From a virus: a stretch of 64,000 bases of DNA. The stretch's first letter is position 1. Each line of letters begins with the position of its first letter. Below, piece after piece: positions 41,794 through 51,371 of this stretch. The translations under genes were made by a program, and so were the position numbers. The DNA lies in IMG/VR virus record IMGVR_UViG_3300042534_000747, one strand, 5' to 3'. Under the pieces are notes generated by a model. That model made no database searches and had not been told where the DNA came from. It saw nothing but the letters and a program-made list of their open reading frames with translations.

Positions 41794-42189
41794 TTACATA
41801 GGTGAATTATAATCTTTTAATATGTTATTAATATTGTTATCAATTTTGATTTGCATTTCATTATAGTAATTAAATACTAATTTTTTAATATCTTCATTAG
41901 CATAATATGCTTCTACAATATTAATTGGGATTGAAAGCTCATAAACATTTAGTTCTTTTGTTTTAATTTCTTTTTCTATAATGGTTAAAATTATATTTGC
42001 ATTTTCATAACCAATATCAATTGAAATGATGTCAATTTCATCTTCAAAAATAACAGGATATAGTTTTAGGTCTTTCTTTGATAAAATTTTGTTAATATCA
42101 TCTATTAGTTTGATGAAGGTAACTTCAAGTTCTTTTTGATTAAAGATTGTTTCTTTTATATTTTTTTCAAATGACATAATAAGCACCAA
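41794..42189 (-). CDS. hypothetical protein
   Basis: 131-aa ORF. Confidence 0.55.
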   Translation of the reverse strand: MVLIMSFEKNIKETIFNQKELEVTFIKLIDDINKILSKKDLKLYPVIFEDEIDIISIDIGYENANIILTIIEKEIKTKELNVYELSIPINIVEAYYANEDIKKLVFNYYNEMQIKIDNNINNILKDYNSPM

Positions 42190-42261
42190 TGCAATAGATG
42201 TTCCTCAAACTATAAAACATTATGCTTATTTACGAAATTTAATAAATAAAAAAGAAAGAAG

Positions 42262-42588
42262 TTAATTAACTTCTAAATCTCTTTTTATGCCTTTGCTTAT
42301 AGCATTATACATTTCATCGATTTCATCTTTTTCTTCAACTATTGTGAAAACTAACTCAATATCATGCTTTTCTGCAATTTTTTGAATCATTCCAGATTTA
42401 AGAGCATAAAAGTTTTCAACATAACCTAATTTCAAATCAGTCTGTTTAGAGTGGAATTTTACAATAGGTGCTCCTAATTTGTATATTAAGTATGCAAGTA
42501 CACTCATTAGTAGTAGACTGCCAACTGAACCAATTATTGTAGCAGTTGTTTTATCAGTTGTTATATATTCGATTGTTTCAAATACCAT
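42262..42588 (-). CDS. single-TM hypothetical protein
   Basis: N-terminal hydrophobic helix. Confidence 0.6.
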   Translation of the reverse strand: MVFETIEYITTDKTTATIIGSVGSLLLMSVLAYLIYKLGAPIVKFHSKQTDLKLGYVENFYALKSGMIQKIAEKHDIELVFTIVEEKDEIDEMYNAISKGIKRDLEVN

Positions 42589-42649
42589 TTTTATTCACAA
42601 AAATTAATTAGTTACGGTATATATAAATGTATTTGTAATTAAAAGAATA

Positions 42650-42832
42650 TTAGAGTGATAATGCAATATCACGCTCAATTTCTTGTTTTTGACTGGTTCT
42701 TGTTTTAGCATACTTATTATGATTTTTACAATAATGACAATTTCCCATACATACTTGCATATATGGATGATAAAAGAAATATGGATTATTCATAGCCTGT
42801 TCAGAATTGTAGATTCTTTTAGTTCTGCTCAT
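42650..42832 (-). CDS. small basic Cys-containing protein
   Basis: MSRTKR...CMGNCHYC; hairpin leader upstream. Confidence 0.55.
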   Translation of the reverse strand: MSRTKRIYNSEQAMNNPYFFYHPYMQVCMGNCHYCKNHNKYAKTRTSQKQEIERDIALSL

Positions 42833-43143
42833 AGTATCTATTCCAAATGAAGTAGGAAGAGTGAAAACACGGAGGAACGCAAAACTCTTCCATAATTATA
42901 ATGATTATCAGATATATTTAAAGCTATTGCTAAAATAAAGATAGTATTAAATATTATTAATACCATTTGTAGACTTGTAAAATTGATAAAGGATAATACT
43001 ATTATGAATGATTGGGATAATTTTGGTTATGATTCAGATGAAGCATGTATAATATGTGGTATGAAGCCAACTAAATTAGAACCTAGATTTTGTTATAGTG
43101 TTTGTGAAAATCATTATAAAATAAAACCTGTGGATGTAAAAAA

Positions 43144-43626
43144 ATGAACAAAATTGTTAATTTGGATAATGAAAAATTTTTAGTTGAAAACATTCATTAT
43201 AAGAATCATGATGAAATTATTAATATGTTATCAACTGATGATATGCATTTATTGAAGTTGAGAAAAACACTTTCAAAAGACATTGTTGTATTTAAACAAA
43301 CTTTGGTTTATAGAGGTATAACAATGGATTTAAAAATAAATGAAATTATTGAATTTACATTTGATGAAATTGTAAGTTTTGATTATTTGAAAGATTGCAA
43401 TCCATTTTATAGTTTAGTCATAACAAATGATTATTTTACAAGAAGGGTGAATTCATATCAAGGTGACGGATTAACAGTATCATATTTGTGTAAAAATGAT
43501 AGTGATAGTTTTTATCCAAAACGAAATTTTATTGGAAGAGATAAATTGATAACAAATATGCAAAATGAAATAGATGAAATGATTAATAAAATGAAATGTT
43601 ATATTGGAAGTGGTTTAAATTTTTAA
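43144..43626 (+). CDS. hypothetical protein, distant paralog of 45032..45679
   Basis: F.Q...YRGI...L shared. Confidence 0.55.
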   Translation: MNKIVNLDNEKFLVENIHYKNHDEIINMLSTDDMHLLKLRKTLSKDIVVFKQTLVYRGITMDLKINEIIEFTFDEIVSFDYLKDCNPFYSLVITNDYFTRRVNSYQGDGLTVSYLCKNDSDSFYPKRNFIGRDKLITNMQNEIDEMINKMKCYIGSGLNF

Positions 43627-43827
43627 TTTTTCATTAATCATTGGTATATTGTTGTTCTTTAATATATGATTTCCTAAAATTTTAGGAAATTCAGGGAATC
43701 GTTCTTTACATTGAAGTGCAATGCCTTTACCCATTACACATTCACCTTTTACATTTATATAACCATTAGTAGTTATGCATATATAATCTTCAGAACTTTC
43801 CCAAATATCACCTGTTTTTTCAATCAT
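43615..43827 (-). pseudogene. truncated macrodomain (N-terminal 70 aa only)
   Basis: GDIW...ICITTNG...VMGKGIALQCKERFP; stops at about half the usual domain length. Confidence 0.6.
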
Positions 43828-44087
43828 GCTTCCTCAATGTTAAAATGGTCATTAAGTATTTCATTGAAACCATTTTTAATTAGCCAATTGTAAGCTTCAT
43901 CTTCAGTTAAAGGTTTTATTTTACCTTCCAATGTGTTACTGTCAATGATTTCATATTCAAAAAATCTACCATTTTTTGTTTTATATAATCCTTCACTACT
44001 GTAAAAATCATATTCTGAAAATTTTACAATTTGTTCAGCATTATATATTGAATATCTTAAACTATTTATTATTTGTTCTGTTGGCAT
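43824..44087 (-). CDS. conserved MGE-type hypothetical protein
   Basis: LYKTKNGRFF...IKPLTEDEAYNWL. Confidence 0.55.
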   Translation of the reverse strand: MPTEQIINSLRYSIYNAEQIVKFSEYDFYSSEGLYKTKNGRFFEYEIIDSNTLEGKIKPLTEDEAYNWLIKNGFNEILNDHFNIEEA

Positions 44088-44539
44088 TCAAATCCCTCTA
44101 ATTTGTAAACTGAAAGTCCTGCTTCAACAAGTAAATCAAGAGATTCTTTATCAGGGTAATCATTTATATAAAGTACCTCTTTAATTCCGGCATTAATTAT
44201 TAATTTTGCACAAAGAATGCAAGGTTGGCAATTTATGTATATAGTTGCACCATCACATGCATGACCATGTTTTGCACATTGAACTATTGCATTTTGTTCT
44301 GCATGAACTGCAAGGCATTTTTCATGTTGAGTTCCTGAAGGGATATTCTCTTTATCTCTAAGACAAAAGGTGTCAATACAGTGAGGGATGTTTGAAGGTG
44401 CTCCATTAAAGCCTGTAGCAATGATATTTTTATCTTTTACTATTACTGCACCTATATTACGTCTGATGCATGTAGAACGCTTAGAAACAGTATTTGCAAT
44501 TTCCATAAAGTAATCATCTAATGATATACGTTTTGACAT
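44069..44539 (-). CDS. dCMP deaminase (ComEB-like)
   Basis: RSTCIRRNIGAVIV, TGFNGAP, HAEQNA, PCILCAK. Confidence 0.93.
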   Translation of the reverse strand: MSKRISLDDYFMEIANTVSKRSTCIRRNIGAVIVKDKNIIATGFNGAPSNIPHCIDTFCLRDKENIPSGTQHEKCLAVHAEQNAIVQCAKHGHACDGATIYINCQPCILCAKLIINAGIKEVLYINDYPDKESLDLLVEAGLSVYKLEGFECQQNK

Positions 44540-44582
44540 AAGTAAGTAGATGGTTCTGATATTATAAAAAAGTAATGGATAT

Positions 44583-45005
44583 TTAGATTTTATCCATTAT
44601 TGAATTTTTAATTGTGTAAATTGGAATGCCATTATATAGATATAATGTAAAATCGCTATCTATTGGTTGTTTTTCCAATGTAAAATTAGATATATCATCA
44701 ATTAATTCATTAATGTAATTTGCTAATGAGTGACATCTTTTTTGCATATCTTTTAATATATATTCTTGTTCATTAAGTATTGATTTATCTTCATTCAAAA
44801 TGTGATTCTTTCTAAGGAATTTTGGATTTGTGTAATATTTATCTGTTTTTAATTCATCAGTAATTTGTTTTGAAGATTCCATGTTTATTTTGTAATCAGA
44901 AATCATATTTTCCAATTGTCCTAGCGATAATTTTAGAGTTAAGTATCTGTAATGACGCTGTTCTAAAATTTCAAAAGCCATTCTAATATCTGCATCTATT
45001 TTCAT
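44583..45005 (-). CDS. hypothetical coiled-coil protein
   Basis: 140-aa ORF. Confidence 0.55.
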   Translation of the reverse strand: MKIDADIRMAFEILEQRHYRYLTLKLSLGQLENMISDYKINMESSKQITDELKTDKYYTNPKFLRKNHILNEDKSILNEQEYILKDMQKRCHSLANYINELIDDISNFTLEKQPIDSDFTLYLYNGIPIYTIKNSIMDKI

Positions 45006-45031
45006 AATAACACCATGAATTTTTTAATTGA

Positions 45032-45679
45032 TTATAATAATGCATTAAAATAATCTAAATTTTCTGAAATCACTTCATAAGTTTCATTAAGTTCAGGAAT
45101 TCCTTTATTTAATAAATAATCAATATCATTCATTATATTTTCAATTAATGATATAACAATTCCATCAAACCTATTTACACTAGTTTTAAATGTGTATTTA
45201 TAATGATAAAAAGTACTAGCAACATCATATGAATCTATATAATAAGATTCTACTAAACATTTTTTATCATTATATCCACTTGAATCTCCAAAAATTCTAT
45301 ATATTTTAGCTTGTAATTCTCTATCAGATAATGATATTGTAAATGTTGGATATTTATCTGAAACATATTCACAATATATTTCATCATTATTAATTTTTGT
45401 TTCAATTTTTTCAAATACTCTTAATGTAAATTCAATACCTCTATAAATCATATTTTGATGAAATACAGGAATATCAAATATTTCAAAATTTTTCTTTTCA
45501 AATATTTTCATATGTTCAGGACTTTGCTTGATAAAATCTGCAACATCATTTAGAGATACATATTTTATATTATCAAATGATATGTTGAATTTTTTTGTTA
45601 TTTCTATAATAGAATCATTTTGATTTTTGATTTTTCTAAATGATTCAATATCACCAACTACATAATCATCAAATGTCAA
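45032..45679 (-). CDS. hypothetical protein
   Basis: 215-aa ORF. Confidence 0.6.
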   Translation of the reverse strand: MTFDDYVVGDIESFRKIKNQNDSIIEITKKFNISFDNIKYVSLNDVADFIKQSPEHMKIFEKKNFEIFDIPVFHQNMIYRGIEFTLRVFEKIETKINNDEIYCEYVSDKYPTFTISLSDRELQAKIYRIFGDSSGYNDKKCLVESYYIDSYDVASTFYHYKYTFKTSVNRFDGIVISLIENIMNDIDYLLNKGIPELNETYEVISENLDYFNALL

Positions 45680-46010
45680 TTACCCACCATCCTTTTTTAA
45701 TGTAAGATTCAATTGATTCTTTTGCATTTTTAATTATTCTATTGAATTTTGCAGTTTCATATTCATTGAATAAAAATTCAGTTCCACGTATTACATCAAT
45801 TCTTTCAATTTTATTGTTTTTAAATTGATATACTGCAAAACCATTTAATTTTTTCAAATTTCTAATTTCTGAATAATATAGGATTGCAAATGATTCACCT
45901 TTTTTGTGGATTGTTTCAATTGATTCAAGAATGATGTTACTGTATATTTTCATTTCTTCATTGAATATTTCTTCACATTCACTTGTAAAATTACTCACTG
46001 GTATCACCAC
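45669..46010 (-). CDS. hypothetical protein
   Basis: 113-aa ORF coupled to its neighbours. Confidence 0.55.
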   Translation of the reverse strand: MVIPVSNFTSECEEIFNEEMKIYSNIILESIETIHKKGESFAILYYSEIRNLKKLNGFAVYQFKNNKIERIDVIRGTEFLFNEYETAKFNRIIKNAKESIESYIKKGWWVIDI

Positions 46011-46422
46011 TCAACAATTCTGGATTTGCGTGTATGTTGCCTATGATTCTGTAAAATTTAAAATCAAGGTTATGAATAGTATCTATTGAATATCCACCTA
46101 CAAATTTACCATATGGGATGAATATAGCTTTATATCTACCATGTTCAAACATAATTCTGTATCTAATATGGGTTATTGTGTATTCAATTATGAAATCATT
46201 GTAAATTTCATTGTTGTCACAATCATTACATCCAGTGTACTGCATTACTTTTGTATTTGGATTTTCTAAACCTAATTCATCCCAACCTACATAACAACCA
46301 TCTTCAAAATCAAAATCTTCTCTGTCTTGTAAATTCCCAAGAGTAAAAGGCAGTGTTAAACCGCCTGATATTTCATCAAAATTTTTAAATGTTTTATAAG
46401 CTATAAATTTCATATTATCCAT
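45991..46422 (-). CDS. YopX-family protein
   Basis: MKFIAY...VMQYTG..D....EIY...IIGNIHANPELL. Confidence 0.85.
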   Translation of the reverse strand: MDNMKFIAYKTFKNFDEISGGLTLPFTLGNLQDREDFDFEDGCYVGWDELGLENPNTKVMQYTGCNDCDNNEIYNDFIIEYTITHIRYRIMFEHGRYKAIFIPYGKFVGGYSIDTIHNLDFKFYRIIGNIHANPELLSGDTSE

Positions 46423-47744
46423 TATATCACCATATTTGCAAGTATTTTTATTCCTTCTTCTTTTGTTGTAAATATTCTTTCAAGTTGCATTTCAAATAAT
46501 TCATCTTTGATTTTGCCTATTTCTTTACCTTTGAATCCAAATACAAGTATATCATGACCATTTAGCAAAGGTTTTTCTACTTCCATAAGATTTTTGAAAT
46601 CTTGCTTTATCCATTCTATTCTATTAAGGTCAAGTTTTCTCATAGATATATCTGCTATGTGAAGTGCAAATAGACTATTCCAATGCTCATGTTCAAAAAG
46701 TTGCCTTCTTTTTCCAGTACGCATATTTTCAAAATTATGCATCTTCATGTGGTTTTTTATCACGAATTTTGCTTTATTTATTAATTCATTAGATAGTTTG
46801 AAATTTCTAAATATTTTTTCAACTTCTTCAGCACCTATATTATCATGATTGTGAAATGAAGTGCCTACTTGTGTAAATCTTTTACCATCATCATGAAATA
46901 GTGTTATTAGACATAGGTCAAAATCTATTTCTATATCTATAAAATTTTGGATTGATTCAGTTATGAATTTAAGGCAAAGCATATCATGATTAAATAAAGT
47001 TATTTCAGGGTGATGAAGTGGATTCTGTTCAATTGATTTGTGCATTTCTATTTCAGGAAATATTTTAGGAAGTAGATTGAACTCATCAAGTAATTGAACT
47101 GTCCTGAAAGCATTTATACTAAACATTATTTCTAATTCTTTCATGATTCTTTCAATGCTGACTTCAGTGAGGTCTACATGTTTTAATGCTTCTCCTAGAT
47201 TCTCTTCTATAACCATTCCATCTATAAGGGCAAATCTGATAGCTCTCAAAGCTCTCAAAGAGTCCTCTGCTAAACGTTCAACTGGATTGCCTACTGCACG
47301 TATTACACGGTTTTCTATATCTTTTACACCATCAAATAGGTCTATTATTTCACCATCTGCATTCATCAAAATTGTATTTATTGTAAAATCACGTCTACTG
47401 ACATCTTCTTTTATATCAGTTGTAAATTCAACACCTTTAAAATCTTCAATATTGGATTTTTCACCTTTTTTAAGTTTTATTGCGCCACAATGTCTACCTT
47501 TTACAATATCTTTTCTCATTGTGGTTATTTCTACAAAACCTGCATCAGAAGTCTTTATAACAAGTGTACCAAATTTTTCACCAAGATTATGATGGATAGG
47601 CACTAATTTTTTAACTTCAGTTGGTGTAAGTGGAGTTACAACATCCCAATCTTTGATAGGCAAGTTCAGCAATTTATTTCTAATTGCACCACCTACAACA
47701 AAACTATTGGTTTTTTGGAGTAATTCATTAAGAGTTATTGACAT
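46422..47744 (-). CDS. cca: class II (bacterial-type) CCA tRNA nucleotidyltransferase / poly(A) polymerase with HD domain
   Basis: VVGGAIRN, KDWDVVT, EITTMR, DVSRRDFTIN, EDSLRALRAIRF, ERIMKEL, FHDDGK; start set at ATG 47744. Confidence 0.88.
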   Translation of the reverse strand: MSITLNELLQKTNSFVVGGAIRNKLLNLPIKDWDVVTPLTPTEVKKLVPIHHNLGEKFGTLVIKTSDAGFVEITTMRKDIVKGRHCGAIKLKKGEKSNIEDFKGVEFTTDIKEDVSRRDFTINTILMNADGEIIDLFDGVKDIENRVIRAVGNPVERLAEDSLRALRAIRFALIDGMVIEENLGEALKHVDLTEVSIERIMKELEIMFSINAFRTVQLLDEFNLLPKIFPEIEMHKSIEQNPLHHPEITLFNHDMLCLKFITESIQNFIDIEIDFDLCLITLFHDDGKRFTQVGTSFHNHDNIGAEEVEKIFRNFKLSNELINKAKFVIKNHMKMHNFENMRTGKRRQLFEHEHWNSLFALHIADISMRKLDLNRIEWIKQDFKNLMEVEKPLLNGHDILVFGFKGKEIGKIKDELFEMQLERIFTTKEEGIKILANMVI

Positions 47745-47748
47745 TTTT

Positions 47749-47793
47749 AACACCTACAATGATATAATAGGTGTTAATGATATATAAATGTTT
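47749..47793 (-). promoter_or_regulatory. promoter with AACACCTA-N11-TAGGTGTT palindrome
   Basis: Near-identical ~50-bp copy at 48373-48417. Confidence 0.75.
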
Positions 47794-47836
47794 GTAAAAA
47801 AAGGAAAAAAATTACTTCTTTGTTATATTGAAATTT

Positions 47837-48367
47837 TTAAGAAGTATTTCCATTATCATTTAATATATCAATATTAAATTTTTTAAATTTATTGAACATC
47901 TCTTTAATTTCAAGACCAAATGTTTTTAATTCACTTGAATTATAAGCAGTTGTTTTAAAGGTAATATCATCGATTTGAATTTCATAAATATTGTGATAAT
48001 ATAATGTAGTATCAGTTTCAAAATCAAGTGCTTTTTCTTCTATAAGAGTGACTGAAGCATCCGATTCATGAATATAAAGGTCACATTTAAGAGTATTAGA
48101 ATATTTATCTTTTCCCTTTGAAATAATAAAATTACCATCAAATGAAAAATCAATTTTTCTTTTAAATGATGGTTCATGTATTTTAAAAGAAATTATATCT
48201 TCTTTGAATGGCATTATTTTTTCAAACCATCCAGAAGAAGTTTCATATATAATTCCTTCTGTATTGAAAATATGAATTGAATTAATTTCGTAAATTTTAT
48301 TATTTACATTTACAAAACATAGTCTGAATATATTTGAATTTGTACTAACTATAATTTTTTTAAACAT
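47837..48367 (-). CDS. hypothetical protein
   Basis: 176-aa ORF. Confidence 0.6.
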   Translation of the reverse strand: MFKKIIVSTNSNIFRLCFVNVNNKIYEINSIHIFNTEGIIYETSSGWFEKIMPFKEDIISFKIHEPSFKRKIDFSFDGNFIISKGKDKYSNTLKCDLYIHESDASVTLIEEKALDFETDTTLYYHNIYEIQIDDITFKTTAYNSSELKTFGLEIKEMFNKFKKFNIDILNDNGNTS

Positions 48368-48372
48368 TTTTT

Positions 48373-48417
48373 AACACCTACAAGGATATAATAGGTGTTA
48401 ATGATATATAAATGTTT
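48373..48417 (-). promoter_or_regulatory. promoter with AACACCTA-N11-TAGGTGTT palindrome
   Basis: Duplicate of 47749-47793. Confidence 0.75.
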
Positions 48418-48433
48418 ATTAAAAAAAGGAAAA

Positions 48434-48808
48434 TTAACAAACTTGCATTTGTGTTGGTTTATTGAAATAATTTGTTTCCATTGTTTTAATAATTGGTTCA
48501 ACTGCTTTTCTCTGAAGAACTTTAAGTTTATAATTTGCAAAATCCAAACATGATTCAAAATTGAAATTTTCAAACTTATTTACTGGAATGAACATATGTT
48601 TATCATTGTTGTATATGGTAATGTTTAATTTGTCACTGATATTGTTTTTAATTAATTCAGAAACCATATCTTTGTTGATGAATATTAAAGTACCTCTTTT
48701 AGTTTCTGAAAGTACAATATTTTCTGCATTTCCAGTTTTAAGATATGTTTCAATATTTTCCATTAGTGAGATAAAGTTTTGTTTATTTTCAATCTTTTCT
48801 GTAATCAT
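48434..48808 (-). CDS. hypothetical protein
   Basis: 124-aa ORF with SD aggtga. Confidence 0.6.
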   Translation of the reverse strand: MITEKIENKQNFISLMENIETYLKTGNAENIVLSETKRGTLIFINKDMVSELIKNNISDKLNITIYNNDKHMFIPVNKFENFNFESCLDFANYKLKVLQRKAVEPIIKTMETNYFNKPTQMQVC

Positions 48809-49003
48809 TTAATCACCTGTTATATACTGTTGATATTGCACATATGAACATTATAAATAAATATACCATTGTCATTAATAATATCATTATATTTTTATTA
48901 ATTTAAGACACCATTCAATTGATGGGCGTTATGTTATTTAAATGTTTGCCAAAATAAGAGAATTGTTATCTAAATGTAAATGAATTTAGATAACTTTTTA
49001 AAA

Positions 49004-49327
49004 TTAATATTCTAGTTCTTTATAGAGTTCGTTTGTTATATCATCAAGTATTTCATCAAAATTCCCATTGATTTCCATCAAAGTATCCCATGTATAAATG
49101 TAATTTCTACCTTTCAATTTAAAATCAATATCGTTGTAAATTTTACCATCATACCCATGATACATTAGTACATCTGCAATTTTACTAGTAATTATGATTC
49201 CAGAATGTTCTTCTGTATTTATTATGTTAAGAAAATCTCCTAGTTCATCAGGATTAATGTTTGATTTCTTTACAAGAATTGTATAATCTATCATTGTTTT
49301 AAATATTTCAATTAAATCTTCATCCAT
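49004..49327 (-). CDS. hypothetical acidic protein
   Basis: 107-aa ORF. Confidence 0.6.
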   Translation of the reverse strand: MDEDLIEIFKTMIDYTILVKKSNINPDELGDFLNIINTEEHSGIIITSKIADVLMYHGYDGKIYNDIDFKLKGRNYIYTWDTLMEINGNFDEILDDITNELYKELEY

Positions 49328-49475
49328 TGTTTAGCAATCTCCATGTTTTATAAAATATTTTTTTATAAAGATTGGTTATCTTCATTCTCATTTTGAGAAC
49401 TGCAAGACAATGAATGTACCTAATTATATAAAAGGATTATGCAAAAATGAGAACATAAAAAAGAAAAAGGAGAAA

Positions 49476-50354
49476 TTAATTAATGAATATGTTGATTTTT
49501 TTGATTATATCATCAATGTTAAATGGTTTTTGCCATAATACCATAGTTGATTTCTTTTCACAATAACTTATTTCATCATTGTTCATTGTTATTATTTGTG
49601 CTTCATTACCTGTAATTCCAGTTATAATAGCGGTTGTTCCTGTACCTGTGCTCATTTGAAAACCATATGAATCTAAAAGTTCATTTGATAAATAATCTCT
49701 TCTATCTGCATCAAATAATTGAATTGTTACATCTATTGTATTATCAAAATTGTTAGTTACTGTAGATGATACAGGTGTAACTTCAGGTGCTTCTTTATAA
49801 AGTTTAACATCTGATACGAAATCAATAGCTAAAACTTCATCAACTAAACTAGGTTGGAATCTATATACATATGCATTTGTAGATATGTATGTATATCTGT
49901 AAATAAAGCCCATGTATGCCATTTGGTCTTTCATATCATCTGTTGTTGTGCTAGTGAAATAAACAACATAATATGTATCAAGGTATGGACTATTGGATAC
50001 TGAATATATTGGCAAATATGCATATTCAGGATTGTCTATAATTGGTTCTTCCTCTTCAGGTTCTTCAATAGGTTCAGAAGTGTCTATAACAGGGTCAGGA
50101 ATAGGGTCAGGAATAGTGTCAGGGATTATGTCACTTATTGTATCATTTTCAAATTCTGTTGAGTTTAATTTGTCATTTAGAATGATATCTGAAAGAACAT
50201 CGAAAAATGAATCAGTCATAGTATCATTAGTTGAATTATTTTTAATCTGAACTTCTTTTAATAAATTAACTATGAAGAATGAACTGATTAAAATAATTAA
50301 TATTAAGGATGAAGAGATAATTTGTTTTTTGTATTTTTTAAAATATTTTGACAT
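49476..50354 (-). CDS. membrane-anchored protein with Pro/Asp/Glu linker
   Basis: N-terminal TM; PDTIPDPIPDP from a 12-bp repeat; the distal part weakly resembles a subtilase propeptide. Confidence 0.6.
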   Translation of the reverse strand: MSKYFKKYKKQIISSSLILIILISSFFIVNLLKEVQIKNNSTNDTMTDSFFDVLSDIILNDKLNSTEFENDTISDIIPDTIPDPIPDPVIDTSEPIEEPEEEEPIIDNPEYAYLPIYSVSNSPYLDTYYVVYFTSTTTDDMKDQMAYMGFIYRYTYISTNAYVYRFQPSLVDEVLAIDFVSDVKLYKEAPEVTPVSSTVTNNFDNTIDVTIQLFDADRRDYLSNELLDSYGFQMSTGTGTTAIITGITGNEAQIITMNNDEISYCEKKSTMVLWQKPFNIDDIIKKINIFIN

Positions 50355-50636
50355 GCATAATATTATATTTTAGTAGTATATAAATATATTGTTGAAAGTT
50401 ATTATAAAAACGTTTATATATAATCGAGAATATTTATGTAGGAATGATTAATTTTGTACATGATAAGTATGTATTTTTGAAAAGTAAATATATTAGAAGG
50501 GATTATCTGTATGTATTTATTGCAAATTTTGCATGTGTATTTTTTATCATTTTTGCAATTTTATTAATTATATATATGGTTCTGCATATAATTGATTCAA
50601 TATGGTCTTTATTTTAGTAAAAATGTTTATATATAA

Positions 50637-50951
50637 TTGAATAATTATTGTAGTATGCATAAAATGGGTAGATTTTTTTGGAAAATTATTGATATATTGT
50701 CATATGTTTTGCCTTTTAAATTAATGGTTTGGATTTATATAAAAATAGGTTCTACAGGCATTTATACCATTAAAATTAAGAATGAAGATGAATTTGAAAA
50801 AATGGAATTTGTATACACATATAATGGATATTGTGTTTCAATGACAAAAAAATTAGAAGCAAGATTAGAAAGAAAAGCAAGAATGAAGAAACTTAAAAAA
50901 TTAAATGATGAACTTAGAAGTTTGGAGAATAAAGATGAAGTACACTATTGA
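50637..50951 (+). CDS. hypothetical protein
   Basis: 104-aa ORF. Confidence 0.55.
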   Translation: MNNYCSMHKMGRFFWKIIDILSYVLPFKLMVWIYIKIGSTGIYTIKIKNEDEFEKMEFVYTYNGYCVSMTKKLEARLERKARMKKLKKLNDELRSLENKDEVHY

Positions 50952-51366
50952 GGATTATATTAGTATTTCTTCTGATTCATATATGGTATTGAAAAAATAT
51001 TATGAAGAAAATCAAGATGAATATTGTGAAGTAAATAATTTTATAAAAGTTTTACAAATTAAAAAAAGGCAAGATTTTATATATGATTATGATAGATTTT
51101 TTGATGGTAAATTTGATTGGAGAAAAAAGTTGGCATTTTGGTTATTAAAGCCTTATTTAAAAAATTATTTAAGAAATTGTACTGCTGATATTAAAACTTC
51201 ACATCATAAATATGATGATTATGACTATGATGATTATATTGCAGATGGTGAGGGATGGGAATTAGGCAAAGGATGGTATTTATTATTTGATATTACTGCT
51301 GATAAAAGTAAAAATATAGAGAAAGTTAAAAAGGAAATTGAAGAGATAGAAAAGAAATTAAAATGA
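50935..51366 (+). CDS. hypothetical protein
   Basis: Start set at ATG 50935, after a ggag SD. Confidence 0.55.
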   Translation: MKYTIEDYISISSDSYMVLKKYYEENQDEYCEVNNFIKVLQIKKRQDFIYDYDRFFDGKFDWRKKLAFWLLKPYLKNYLRNCTADIKTSHHKYDDYDYDDYIADGEGWELGKGWYLLFDITADKSKNIEKVKKEIEEIEKKLK

Positions 51367-51371
51367 TGGGA

